64,000 nt of DNA from Macrostomum lignano (taxonomy: Eukaryota). This document shows positions 25,401 through 40,020 of this stretch, in pieces. Every line of letters begins with the position of its first letter. The stretch's first letter is position 1. The stretch covers positions 192,249 through 256,248 of the forward strand of contig NIVC01000751.1 of the NCBI GenBank assembly GCA_002269645.1, written 5' to 3'. The notes beneath the pieces are model-generated. The model saw only the letters and a program-made list of their open reading frames with translations, did no database searches and was not told the DNA's origin. A program made the position numbers and the translations under genes.

Positions 25401-28400
25401 CAGGACTGGACATCTGGTTCAGTCTGAGCACTTTTGTGCCTTTCGGACTCTATGGCGGCAGTCGCAAGCACGACATGCACCATATGAAACCGCTGACCAA
25501 CTTCCAGCCGTACCTGAGCACGTGGGATCGATTCTTTGATTGGGACTGTCCCGGTGAGTCCGGCACTCGAGTAGGGGAGTTATTTAAAGTTACCATTTGC
25601 CCTCGAAAAGAACCGAATGTCCTTAGAAAATGAGCTGAAATGTCCTTGGAATGAAGGAACCGAATGTCCTTAGAAAGGAGCTGAAATGTCCTTAGAAAGG
25701 AGCTGAAATGTCCTTGGAAGGAAGGAACCGAATGTCCTTAGAAAGGAGCTGAAATTTCCTTAGAAAGGAGCTGAAATGTCCTTAGAAAGGAGCTGAAATG
25801 TCCTTAGAAAGGAGCTGAAATGTCCTTAGAAAGGAGCTGAAATGTCCTTAGAAAGGAGCTGAAATGTCCTTAGAAAGGAGCTGAAATGTCCTTAGAAAGG
25901 AGCTGAAATGTCCTTAGAAAGGAGCTGAAATGTCCTTGGAAGGAAGGAAATGAATGTCCTTAGAATGGAGCTGAAATTTTCTCAAAAGGAACCGAATGTT
26001 GTTAGAAAAGGAGCTGAAATGTCCTCGAAAGGAACCGAATGTCCTTAGCAGCTAAATTCGAATGTCCCTTGGAAAAGACAAGAATGTTCTTAGAAAGAAG
26101 CTAAATAAAAGCATTTCAAAGCATTAACCACATCGTGTCCCCCATCAAACCGAGCGCAGGAATGAAAGGCGGCGGAGTCAAACCCGAGGAGCTGCTAGCC
26201 TGGGAGCAGCGCAACAAACGCAAACGGATGAGCAAGCACGCCACCGAGCTCATGACTGGCACGGTGAACGGCTTCCTGTCTGTCACTGACGACGCCAAGG
26301 GTAACAATGAAACAACGGACACGGCCAAGGATAAATGAATGCATAAATCTGTGTGCCGTTTCTTTCGATCTTAACTATGAAAGTCTATAAAAATATATGT
26401 CTAACTGCTACTATCAAGAAGTACTGACGGACAGTCTGACCTTTTCTTACTGTTATTAACCCTGTCTAATGCCTCAGTCCTTGAATACGCCAGTAAACAG
26501 GGTTAATTTAATAAACAACAAATATATATTGGACACCGAATTAGAAGTCTAATAACAGTTTATTGAATAGGTTTAGCCACGCACCCTCGCAAATTTAGCC
26601 TCTACAATTTTTCTTAACCCTCCGCCATCATTGTTTGCTTAAGTTGCGCTTCTTCTTCTTCTGTTTTTCTATGCGCGAGACGAAACGAAACGAAACACCT
26701 TATATTAGCTCGACCCCCTGCTCAGGGTGACCAGAAAAATTTTGCCTGCAACCCTCGCGAGGACAATGCACAGCGAGGCGGGCCTGGTTACAGCTTCTCT
26801 GTACAGTAGAAATATATAGAAGAAGGTGCGCAGAGTTAACCGTAGAAGAAAGACCCAGGTGTTTGAGTCGCCATCGTTTCTATGTGAGAAGAACTGCATG
26901 CGCCAAAGACAGTTGGTAGACTGGTTTAACAACATGGAGTCAACTACATTCCGCGAACTGTTCCCGGTGCACGAGCTGACGGAAGAGATTAGCGGATTCT
27001 TTGGCTACATCAAGACGCGCCTACCGCGTCACTCTCTATTCGCTGCTCAACAGCAGCTCAACGTTCCGTCTGGGGCTAACGATAAAGCGGCGCTAGCAGC
27101 TCTTCAAGCCAAGGAGCGAAAAGAGGCCGAACTGCTGCTGAGAATGCAACGCGCCGCGGAGGAGAAAGACATGGCGGCTCTCTCCGGTCTGTTTTCCCCA
27201 GCCAACGTTGATAGGCCGGTGAAAGATGCCATGCGGTTAAGCGATTTGGCGGCCGCTTTGGGCAGCACGCCAATGCTGCAGCTGGTGCTGGACCATGGCG
27301 GCCAGATCAATGCCAAGAACGCTGCTGGCCAGCTGCCAATTCACTACGCCCTCACCAGTCCGGAGGTGCCGGCCACTGTTGCCTACCTGTTGGAGCGCGG
27401 TGCCGATCCGAATATTCCGATGCCGAACGGCGATTTTCTCATGCACAAAGCTTGCTCGGACAGCGCCACGACCTTGTTGGATCTGCTGTTAAACCATCAG
27501 GCAGATCCGGGCTGCTTGGACAGCCAGAGGCACACGCCGCTGCATCGAGCCTGTATCAATGATCTGAGAGAGCACGCCGAGATCGTCCTTGACGCTGCCC
27601 CGGATTTAATCAATCAGCAGGACGCGTTCGGTCGGACAGCGCTGCACATCGCCGTGGAGAATCAGAACATCCAGCTGATGAAGATGCTGCTAGAACAGGG
27701 CGCCACCATCGATCGTGAGACGGAGAACGGCATGACAGCCATCGATTCGATGATGGTAACTAAGAACCGAGGCGCACTCAAAGAGCTCATCGTGTACTTC
27801 ACTGAAAAAGTGTCTAAAGATGTCCGGGCGTACAAGATGACGGATCTCTACCGCAGTAAGCACTTTCGTCAATTCCTGAACGTTCTGAAGCTGATCGACT
27901 CGGAGGCGTGCAAATGCTACTACAGGGCCAGAGAGGAAGACTTGGAGCAGAAACGCGAGACCGAGCTGAAGCTGGTCAACGATCTTCTAGACGTTGACGA
28001 GGAGAACACGCAGGACGTTATGGACTTTCAGTCCAAGATGATGGCGGCACTCAAAACTGGCGCCATACACGACTGCACTGACAACCGCGAGATCATTGAC
28101 ACGATCGCCATCTTCACTACAAAGTACATTCTGTTCAGAGAGGACGTTTCCATGCTGCAAGACGTAATGCACTGCGGAGTGATTTGGCGACACGTGAGCC
28201 AATTTCTTGAAGAACACATCGCCACGCTGTATAGCAAGACCAACAAGGATGCCAGCATCATTAGCAAGCTGTTTGCGGAGCAGTTTATTGACTACAGCGC
28301 CGGTGGCAAGCGGGCCGCTTTGCGCAGAACAGCTTTGGTAAAGAAAGTTGGCGACGTCCTTGGCATGTACCAGCTGAGCCGGGTGAATGTCGCTCACTGC

Positions 28401-31400
28401 TTGGAGGTGACGAATCCGATTGACACGCTGCCAATCTGGTCCATACTGACCGGCAAGATGAACCTGACGCTAGAATTCTTAAGTCAGGTGCAATTCGAAG
28501 CTGTGCCAGTCTGCCTGATGGCGGCCGGATTGTTGAGAAATCTGCACAAAGTTCTCAACGTTGACACGCTGGAGCTGCCATCGATCGCTGTGCTAGCAGA
28601 TCAATGCGAGATATTCGCCTGCAAAGTGGTTGAACGAATGTGCATGGTTGACGTCAGCGAGCACAAGAAGACTACGTACCAATATCTGCTACAGATTCTG
28701 CCAGCGTTCGACAACCTGAACTGCCTTCACCTGGCTGCCAACTGCGGCTGCGACACGTTCCTACGATTGGACACGTGCCAAAAAGCCATGGACGTTGCCT
28801 GGTACAGATTTCTGCTGGACGTGAATCCAATCTATCGCGAGATCATTATAGCCTTGGGCTGCATTCCGCTCAACCCACTGGTGTCTATCGCACTCTATCG
28901 GGATTATCGGCGATTGGCCCACGCTGAACAGGAGCGTCGACTAAGTCTCGATGCTGTTCAGTCAGCAGATCAAACCGAAGGCTCTGGAAGTGGCGGCGGC
29001 GGCGGCGGCGGCGGCGGCTCGTCAAGGAATCGTCGAACCAGCTTCATGATCGAGGACGACGACACCAGAGACGCGACGAGTACAATGTTCTCAGACGCTT
29101 TGGAATTCCAGCCGCCGGATCCGCGGCTGCACGGCGGCACTATGGCCGCAAAAGTTTCCGAATGCTGCACCCTGTACTATTATTTCTATCAGATTCCGGC
29201 CGTGAAGTTTCGCTACTTCACCATCAGCCACCTGGTGCTGCTGTGCACCCTGTCCTATGTGGTGCAGTTTCAACTCAACGCCAGCATCACGGCGCTTGAG
29301 GTATTTGTCTACATCACGGCGTTTGGCTTCGTTGTTGAAGAGGCAAAAAAGTTTGTCCAGTCCATCTGGCGCCAGAAACTGTTGGACTATGTGAGAAACA
29401 AGTGGAACATTTTCGACTTTGTGACTAGCCTCATCTTTCTGACTGGTTTCGTCCTGCGGCTTGTGGTTCTGGAGTACGAGCCCTACAGTTTGGACCAGAC
29501 TATGCTAGGCTTGTTCGACAACCGCCTGTGGTATTGTACCAGGGCATTTCTAGGCACTTACTGCCTGCTATTGTGGGTGAAGCTTTTGAACACATCTAGG
29601 GTGCATCAGTACTTTGGACCCAAACTAAAGATGATCTACAAAATGATCATCAAAGATCTCTTGCCGTTTCTATTCATCTTAATAATATTTCTATTGGGAT
29701 TCGGCATACTCATGTGCAGCCTGCTCTATCCGAACGGTTACTACGCCTACAATCCCAACAGGATGAGCCTAATCAGCATGGCCAAGCGACTCGTGCAATT
29801 CTGCTTCTTCAGCGTATTCGGCGAGTACCATCTGGACACGGTGAACGGCGAAAACTGCGAAGAGGTGTACACAGCCAGGACCAACAACACTCTGCCTTGT
29901 CCCAATCCTCAGTCAACCTTTATTGTACCCTACATACTACTGCCGCTGTACGTCACCATCACAACTATACTACTGCTCAGCCTCATTGTCGCCCTGTTCT
30001 CCAAAACAATTGAAGAGATCGACTGTAACAGCACGGCTCTGTGGCAGTTCGAACGGTTCTTCTTCATCGCCTCCTACGCCAGCAACTCCTCGCTGCCGCC
30101 GCCGCTCAACGTCCTCGACATGGGCAGGGAGCTGCTACTGAAGGTGTGCCACAGGTACCTGGAGCAGCCTCAGAAACCAATCGAAATGGACTTCTTCAAC
30201 CAGGACGTGGCGTTGAAAGCTCTGATTTATCAGGCTATCGGGATGCGAAATTATCGCAGCGAACTGCTGATCACGTGCGCCAACACTAAGGAGGCCAAAG
30301 CGGCCACTATCGGAGTGAAGCGGTCGGCAAGTCTGTTTCATCACTGAGTCCATCATCAATCAACAAATACGGATATGATCTTTTGCTTGTATTTTAACAG
30401 CCACACTCAACTTAATGTCTTTGTCTTAAAATTGCTGATAAAAAATCCATTAAACGTTATTTCTACCTAAAATATTATGGTAAAACGTGACTAAGTATTG
30501 TTTAATTTTTTGGTTTAGGAGCAATCAAAACTCATTTATAATTAAAAATTGTACTTCTAATTATAAGCATCAGGGATGAGAAGCATCAGGGATGAGAAGC
30601 ATCAGGGATGAGAAGCATCAGGGATGAGAAGCATCAGGGATGAGAAGCATCAGGGATGAGAAGCATGAGGGGTGAGAAGCATGAGGGGTGAGAAGCATGA
30701 GGGATGAGAAGCATGAGAGATGAGAAGCATGAGGGATGATGCATGAGGAATGAGAAGCTTTAGGGATGAGAAGCATCAGTGATGAGAAGCATCAGGGGTG
30801 AGAAGCATCAGTGATGAGAAGTATCAGGGATGAGAAGCATCAGTGATGAGAAGCATCAGTGATGAGAAGCATCAGGGATGAGAAGCATCAGTGATGAGAA
30901 GCATCAGGGATGAGAAGCATGAGGGGTGAGAAGCATGAGGGGTGAGAAGCATCAGGGGTGAGAAGCATCAGTGATGAGAAGCATCAGGGATGATGCATGA
31001 GGAATGAGAAGCTTTAGGGATGAGAAGCATCAGTGATGAGAAGCATCAGGGGTGAGAAGCATCAGTGATGAGAAGTATCAGGGATGAGAAGCATCAGTGA
31101 TGAGAAGCATCAGTGATGAGAAGCATCAGGGATGAGAAGCATCAGTGATGAGAAGCATCAGGGATGAGAAGCATCAGGGGTGAGAAGCATCAGTGATGAG
31201 AAGCATCAGGGATGAGAAGCATCAGGGATGAGAAGTATCAGGGATGAGAAGCATCAGTGATGAGAAGCATCAGGGATGAGAAGCATCAGGGATGAGAAGC
31301 ATCAGTGATGAGAAGCATCAGGGGTGAGAAGCATCAGTGATGAGAAGTATCAGGGATGAGAAGCATCAGTGATGAGAAGCATCAGGGATGAGAAGCATCA

Positions 31401-34400
31401 GGGATGAGAAGCATCAGGGATGAGAAGCATCAGGGGTGAGAAGCGACACAGAGGACAGGCCACTTACCCTGCCGTTTCGTGATCATCACTGGTGTCTGGC
31501 GCATCTGCTCGTGCAGCCGTCTCTGCGCCTGCGGATCCGGTCGCCTCGACGGTCCCTTACGCGTCAACTCGGGCCGCTGCATTCGAACTACCTGGGTGAG
31601 AGGCTTCTGCGGCGGCGGCTGGTAGGGCACCAGCTCGTCCTCTGAGTCCGGCTCCCGCGGTGTCGGCCTGTTACTGCTAGCCTGCTGCATCATCGCCTCG
31701 GAGGCTGCGGCAGACGACAGCTCCACCATCCGGTTCAGGTAGTCCTCGTACTCCGCGTCAGTCTGGAATTCGCCTCTCAGACCGAAGCCCGAGTCGACTT
31801 GACGACCGGATTTGTCTTTGGCGTTCCTTCTCGACGAATTCGAAGCGGCCTTAGCTGCTGCGGCCATCCGGCGCTGCTCCATGGCCAGCTCCTCCTCCAT
31901 CAGCTGGATGGCCGACTTCTGCGGCTCGAGGCGCGGTCGGATGGCCTCGTGCGAGTCGCGAAGTCCGCCAGAGGAGGCCGCGCCGGACAGGTCCTCCTGC
32001 ATCAGGCGGCGGAGGTGAGCCTCTTCGCGTTGTTCGCGTTCAGCGCGTAGCTGCTCCCGGCGTCGCTGACGCTCGGCTTCGGCAGCTTTCCAGTCGGAGA
32101 CGGTGGGTGCTGCCCCGCCGCCGCCGGCGCCACCCTGATAGGGCCTCGCCTCAGCCTCTCTTCGCTCTTGCTTCTGCTTGCGGTACTGCCCCAGCTGCTC
32201 CTTGCGACGCTGCTCCATCCACTGGCGCAGCTGAGCTCGCTCTTCGGGCGTTCGATGCTGCGGCTGCAGCTGGTGCTTCACGGCTGCCGCCGCGGCGCCC
32301 CGGCGTCGGTGTGACGACGCTGGACTGAGAGAGTGGGACCTGGCCGATGCACTGCCAACGCCGAGATGCGAATTTCTTGTTAGGATCGGTTGGCACCCTG
32401 CTATGGACTCTAGTTAGTTACCTGGTCTGCTGTTACTCTCTCCGGATGCTAGTTACTCTCTCTGGATGCTAGTTACTCTCTCTGGATGCTAGTTACTCTC
32501 TCTCCGGATGCTAGTTACTCTCTCTGGATGCTAGTTACTCTCTCTGGATGCTAGTTACTCTCTCTCCGGATGCTAGTTACTCTCTCTGGATGCTAGTTAC
32601 TCTCTCTGGATGCTAGTTACTCTCTCTGGATGCTAGTTACTCTCTCCGGATGCTAGTTACTCTCTCTGGATGCTAGTTACACTCTCCAGATGCTAGTTAC
32701 TCTCTCTGGATGCTAGTTACACTCTCAGGATGCTAGTTACTCTGGATGCTAGTTACTCTCTCTGGATGCTAATTACTCTCTCTGGATGCTAGTTACTCTC
32801 TCTGGATGCTAGTTACTCTCTCTGGATGCTAGTTACTCTCTCTGTATGCTAGTTACTCTCTCCGGATGCTAGTTACTCTCTCTGGATGCTAGTTACTCTC
32901 TCTGGATGCTAGTTACTCTGTCCGGATGCTAGTTACTCTTTCCGGATGCTAGTTACTCTCTCTGGATGCTAGTTACTCTCTCCGGATGCTAGTTACTCTC
33001 TCTGGATGCTAGTTACACTCTCCGGATGCTAGTTACTCTCTCTGGATGCTAGTTACTCTCTCTGGATGCTAGTTACTCTCTCTGGATGCTAGTTACTCTC
33101 TCTGTATGCTAGTTACTCTCTCTGTATGCTAGTTACTCTCTCCGGATGCTAGTTACTCTCTCTGTATGCTAGTTACTCATAATGGATTCCAGTTACTCAT
33201 AATGGCTGCTAGTTACTCTCTCTGGATGCTAGTTACTCTCTCTGGATGCTAGTTACTCTCTCCGGATGCTAGTTACTCTTTCCGGATGCTAGTTACTCTC
33301 TCTGGATGCTAGTTACTCTCTCCGGATGCTAGTTACACTCTCCGGATGCTAGTTAGTCTCTCCGGATGCTAGTTACTCTCTCTGGATGCTAGTTACACTC
33401 TCCGGATGCTAGTTACTCTCTCTGGATGCTAGTTACTCTCTCTGGACGCTAGTTACTCTCTCCGGATGCTAGTTACTCTCTCTGGATGCTAGTTACTCTC
33501 TCTGGATGCTAGTTACTCTGTCCGGATGCTAGTTACTCTTTCCGGATGCTAGTTACTCTCTCTGGATGCTAGTTACTCTCTCTGGATGCTAGTTACTCTC
33601 TCTGGATGCTAGTTACTCTCTCTGTATGCTAGTTACTCTCTCTGGATGCTAGTTACTCTCTCTGGATGCTAGTTACTCTCTCTGGATGCTAGTTACTCTC
33701 TCTGTATGCTAGTTACTCATAATGGATTCCAGTTACTCATAATGGCTGCTAGTTACTCATAATGGATTCCAGTTACTCATAATGGCTGCTAGTTACTCAT
33801 AATGGATTCCAGCTACTCATAATGGCTGCTAGTTACTCATAATGGATTCCAGTTACTCATAATGGCTGCTAGTTACTCATGATGGATTCCAGTTACTCAT
33901 TATGGATGCTAGTTACTCACTATGAATGCTAGTTACATGTTAATTACTCTACATAGAAAAATTAAAAACTTACGCATTAGCTGACGCTCCGGCCGAACGA
34001 TGCGAGTGCAGCTGGTCGAGTTCCAATGGTGGCACCTCACTATTTGAGTCAGGCATTGGTGGGGTGCTGAAAGTTCATGAAGTTCATTTTTTAATTGATC
34101 GAACTTGTTACCGTTTTGCTAAGTGAATTTAGGCTGATGATGAGGAGAACAAGTCTCACCGCGCCAAATCGCGCCTCGGCGTGAACGGGTCCGGGTCTTT
34201 GCGCTGGTGCACTGGCGGCGCCTGCTGCTGACCAGCAGCTGGTCTTTGCTCAGCCATGTTAGTCTGGTTGGCTAAGGGCTGACGCTGAGGACTGCGGTCT
34301 CTCTGACCATCATCAGGTTCGTAAGTCTGCGACTGGTCAGCAGACTGCAGCTCGATGATGGTGGACAGAAGCTGGAAGGTTTTGGTTGAAAAAAATCTGT

Positions 34401-37400
34401 TTAAAGAGAGCACAAACTACGAAAATTGGATATAGCCTACACAGGCAATAAACCCTGGATCAGCCAGTCAAATCAGCGAGAAGCACCCACCATCCATTGG
34501 CATAAGCCCTGGATCAGCCAGTCAAATCAGCGGGAAGCACCCACCATCCATTGGCATAAGCCCTGGATCAGGCAGTCAAATCAGCGGGAAGCACCCACCA
34601 TCCATTGGCATAAGCCCTGGATCAGCCAGTCAAATCAGGTAGAAGCACTCACCACCCAACTATACAGGCTATAAACCCTGGATCAGCCAGTCAAATCAGC
34701 GAGAATCACCCACCACCCCATTTACACGCAAGCCATAAGCCCTGGATCAGCCAGTCAAATCAGCTAGAAGCACCCACCTCCCTACTACACAGGCTATAAA
34801 CCTTGGATCAGCCAGTCAAATCAGCGAGGAGTGCCAACCACCCCATTTACATACAGGCCATAAACCTTGAATCAGCCATTCAAATCAGCTAGAGAGAAGC
34901 ACCCACCACCCCATTTGCACAGGCTATAAACCCTGGATCAGCCAGTCAAATCAGCGAGAAACACCCACCACCCCATTTACGTACAAGCCATAAACCCTGG
35001 ATCAGCTAGTCAAATCAGCTAGAAGCATTCACTACCCCACTACACAAGCTATAAACCTTGGATCAGCCATTCAAATCAGCGAGGAGTGCCAACCACCCCA
35101 TTAACGCACAGTCCATAAACAGCAAATATGTTTACAAAAAATTAATCAAGCTGACCCTTTTATTTCTTTCATAGTCGCTGTCAAACCGATCGGACATATC
35201 CGCAATAAGACGCAGCCGTTTCTCCATGTCTTGCAGTACAGCATTTGAGTGTCCAGCTCGTTGAAGACTCTCCCATGACAGCGGCTGACGATCTGGTGGT
35301 TGTCCAGCTGCTGGTTCAGCCGATTGATCTACGTCATCTTGCTGCTGCTGCTGACGGTAGCGACGGTCGATCTTGGCGAGAGTGACAGGATCGCCGCCAG
35401 ACTGGGGAGCATCTTCTGCTTCTGCTGCTGCTCCTCCTCGAGCCGAAGACAACGGAGTCTTCTGCTTCTGCTGCTGATCAGATCTCTGACTAGCCAGAGC
35501 TTCCAAATCTATAGGCGGCATATCCTTAGCAACTAGATCGTCCCAGACTCCTTCATCAACGCTAACAACAGATAGGAACTTCCGTCCTTGACCGGAATTG
35601 TCTCCAGCGGAAGCCGCGGATTGATCGTCGAAACGCATCTGGCCCAGCACGCTTGGCGGCAGCGGCAGCCTCTGCTGGCCGGCCCGACTGCGAGCTGCGC
35701 GCATTAAATTAATAAATAAACTCTACTACTGTTCGAGTTGAAATAAGTAGACAAGTGACAAAAACTTTATGAAAAATTTAAAAACTTACGCGTCTCGGTG
35801 ACGAAACGTGGCGAAAACAGTGATAGATTGTTTAGCCTGGGTGTTGTGCCAGCGGAACGGTTCTCCTAGAAGATGAAACACATAAGTTAAGGCGATAAGG
35901 CGAGAATATACAAGCCAGTCAAATCAGCGAGGAACACCCACCACCCCATTTAGCACAGGCCATAAAATTGGATCAGCCAGTCCAATCAGCGAGGAACACC
36001 CACCACCCCATTTAGCACAGGCCATAAAATTGGATCAGCCAGTCCAATCAGCGAGGAACACCCACCACCCCATTTAGCACAGGCCATAAAATTGGATCAG
36101 CCAGTCCAATCAGCGAGGAACACCCACCACCCCATTTAGCACAGGCCAGAAAATTGGATCAGCCAGTCCAATCAGCGAGGAACACCCACCACCCCATTTA
36201 GCACAGGCCATAAAATTGGATCAGCCAGTCCAATCAGCGAGGAACACCCACCACCCCATTTAGCACAGGCCAGAAAATGGGATCAGCCAGTCCAATCAGC
36301 GAGGAACACCCATCACCCCATTTAGCACAGGCCATAAAATTGGATCAGCCAGTCCAATCAGCGAGGAACACCCACCACCCCATGAAGGATCCAGTAAACT
36401 CCATGAAGGGATTGGGTCATGATCTAAGTACACTGACGTAACTGCATATAGTGGCCCTGGCTCTCTCATAGTTTTTTAAACCCCCCTCTCCCCAAAAAAC
36501 CAAGCGCTTCGATTTACCAAAGCTGCGGCAGCCTCCGGCCCGACCAGAGCGTCAATCAGTCCGGGCGTGATGGCGAATCCCTGCCGTCTGGCCGCCTCAG
36601 CCAGCAGCTCGTCCATAGACATGTCCTGACCGTCGTCGTGCTGCACCCAAGCGTCTCGGTGTCCAGTAGTGCCAGCGTCAACTTTAGCTGGGACTTTTTT
36701 CGGCGTACCGGAGCCCGCGTCCGCTCGACTGGGACCGGAGGATTGGTCTGCAAAGCTGCTGTCAGCCTGCTGCTCCTGTTGCTGCTGATACGAGTATTCT
36801 TGACCAAATGGCAACTGTTGATGTTGTTGTTGTTGCTGCTGCTGCTGCTGCTGCTGAGGCGGCCTATCCAGCCGCAACAACTGTTTGCCAAATCTTTCCA
36901 ACTGTTCCATTCGAAGTCTTTCGTGTAGGCCGTCGTCTCCATCTCGTTCTTGCGCCGAGAACCCACCAGCAACGCCTGTCGATCTGAAATGGTCCAACAC
37001 CAGCCGAGGATCCACTAGCGAAGGCCAGGCGCCACCTTCGCCAACGTCAACGTGGTCGTTCGCAGCAGACGCCGCCGGTCCCAACGTCGCAGTGGACACA
37101 CTGGGCGGCGGCGGTTGACGTTCCATCGCGCGAAACACAGACGCCCAGGAACCTCCTGCGGCGCCGCCGCCGCCGCCACCTCCAACTGAATCGTTCCGAT
37201 TGGACAGAGTGAGCAAAGGAAACGGGAACTGCTGCTGCTGCTGCTGGGCAGGCGGCGGCAGCGAGTACTGCTGGTGCGCACGGCCAGACGTGACCGAAGC
37301 AGCTGGAACATCCGTGGCGTAGCGAGCCAACGGCGGCAAATTCAAATTCAAATCGGATTCAAAAGCCGGATTGGCAAAGTTCAAGTCCTGAGCAGCCACC

Positions 37401-39883
37401 GAGGCGGAGGCGGCTGGCTGGTAGAACTCCGTGACCTCCGTCAGGTCGTCGCTCTGACCGGATTCTCGACGCGACCGACCGCTCTGACCGCCGGAAGCTT
37501 GTCGATTGTAGCGAAACGACGACTGGCCGAGGCTTCGTCGAGAGAATCGTCGTCGGCCTCCCGACCGTCTGCTCTCTCGGCCGCCGCCACCGGCTACTCC
37601 GTCTCTAGGCGACGAGTCGGGACTGTTGTTGGGATCCGAGTCGCCCGCGTCAGCCTCCAGGGCTTGGACTACGGCGGTTACGCTGGCCTGCTGGAACTGG
37701 AGGGCGAGGCGTCTGAGGCTGTAGGCTGGGGCTGGATGAAGGGATCGGGTCATGATCTACAGCTGGATGAAGGGATCGGGTCATGACCTACAGCTGGATG
37801 AAGGGATCGGGTCATGACCTACAGCTGGATGAAGGGATCGGGTCATGACTCAAGCTGGATGAAGGGATCGGGTCATGACCTAGCCTGGATGAAGGGATCG
37901 GGTCATGACCTAAGCTGGATGAAGGGATCGGGTCATGACCTAAGCTGGATGAAGGGATCGGGTCATGACTCAAGCTGGATGAAGGGATCGGGTCATGACC
38001 TAAGCTGGATGAAGGGATCGGGTCATGACCTACAGCTGGATGAAGGGATCGGGTCATGACCTACAGCTGGATGAAGGGATCGGGTCATGACCTACAGCTG
38101 GATGAAGGGATCGGGTCATGACCTACAGCTGGATGAAGGGATCGGGTCATGACCTAAGCTGGATGAAGGGATCGGGTCATGACCTACAGCTGGATGAAGG
38201 GATCGGGTCATGACCTACAGCTGGATGAAGGGATCGGGTCATGACCTACAGCTGGATGAAGGGATCGGGTCATGACTCAAGCTAGATGAAGGGATCGGGT
38301 CATGACCTAAGCTGGATGAAGGGATCGGGTCTTGACCTACAGCTGGATGAAGGGATCGGGTCATGACCTACAGCTGGATGAAGGGATCGGGTCATGACCT
38401 AAGCTAGATGAAGGGATCGGGTCATGACCTACAGCTGGATGAAGGGATCGGGTCATGACCTACAGCTGGATGAAGGGATCGGGTCATGACCTAAGCATTC
38501 AGAACTAACAAACCAGCACAGTCTCCTCACCTTGAACAAGCGCCTCATCTCCCTACGCAGGACCTGCTGTATCTGCTCGGCAATAACCGGTCCAGATGCG
38601 CCATTAACCGATCCGCTGGAAGCGTTGCCATTGACTACTCCGGTTGCCATGCTGTTGCTAATGATGTTACTAGGAACTTGACTCGAGCCCTCGACAGGAT
38701 TCCGTCGATCCAATGCAGTCTGCTGATGCTGACCGACGGAATAGGAGGCTGGCGGTCGCTGATGAAGCTGCTGCTGCTGCTGCTGGTGTACCTGGCTGTT
38801 CCTGCAGAGAAATAGAAATTGAGTAGAGTTCTAGTACAGTATAAATATATAGCAACGAATAGCCAGAAAAAACTGTACTAGGTGACAGACAGGCAGACAG
38901 AATATACGCTCGCTTAAATTTGCTCTGTTCAAAGGCGTTCAGTGCACTGTACTGCCTGTCACCTCATCAGTGTACGTCAATTTCCTATCTCTAGCTGTAG
39001 AAAGAGAAGGAAATGAGAGAGAAGAAGAGAATGGGTAGGGGAGGGGGGTTGTGGAGTAGTTCTCTGCACTAAATACCTGGCAGGTAGGTTTGCGGCTAAA
39101 GCTATGGGTGGCTGGAGAGAAACGGGAGAGGGGGGAGAGAAGGGAGAGAAGGGAGGAGTCATAAGGCTGCACGAGTGCTCAGAAAATTGGACGCCACGGC
39201 AGCCCAGAAAAGTGTAGCGTAGGGGCAGCCGTGTAAATAAAATCGCGCTAAATTGTATGTTATAAGGCATTGGTTTTTGCGTCAAATAGCGCACAGTTTT
39301 GGGTGTCAGAACGGGGGAGGGGCGCCAAATTGAGAGTTGGGGGGCGCCAAATCGAGAGTTGGGGGGCGCCAAATCGAGAGTTATGGGGCGCTAATTCGAG
39401 AGTTGAGGGGGGGCGCCGTTTTCGGTTATGTTTAGGTTAGGCTAAAGGACTGTCACTTACACAGCCGCTGGCACAGTCTCATCAGCTTCATCATGAATCT
39501 GCTCAGCCTCCAAAGGCGACTCAAGCCGGCCGCTACGACCGGTCTGACGCCGCCCCTCTCTGTTGCTGCTGCTGTCGTTTCTCTTGGCGCGCCGTCTCGA
39601 TGCGCTGCCTGCCGAGGGCTCTCGCTCGTTTTTTGCATCGGTGACAAAATCTGACAGGTGCTTGTCGGCTGCGCGGCGGACCCGCTCGCTGTGCGACATC
39701 GACGAGCTCGGCGTGCCGACGCTGCTGGCCAGGGAGGCCGCTGGCGGGCTGCCGGCTCGATGGAGGTCCAGCGGAGGTGGCGGCTGCGGCCGCAGATGCG
39801 TTGGCGGCTGTTGCTGCTGCCGAAGGTCGTCACGATGGTCGCTTGGTGGCTGCGAGTGAAGTTCGGTTTGCGGATGCTGGGAT

Positions 39884-39951
<68 letters not shown>

Positions 39952-39965
39952 CACACACAGACAGA

Positions 39966-40020
<55 letters not shown>

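Noticed and set aside
25554-25633. C-terminus of the 301-aa ORF as the true end of the hydroxylase
   Set aside because: It runs past a strong GTGAGT donor into a minisatellite; a phase-matched exon at 26160 completes the protein.
39205-39420. Short CACGG-terminated hairpin and GGCGCCAAATCGAGAGTT repeats as a Chapaev/CACTA element
   Set aside because: No TSD or matching distal end found; insufficient support.
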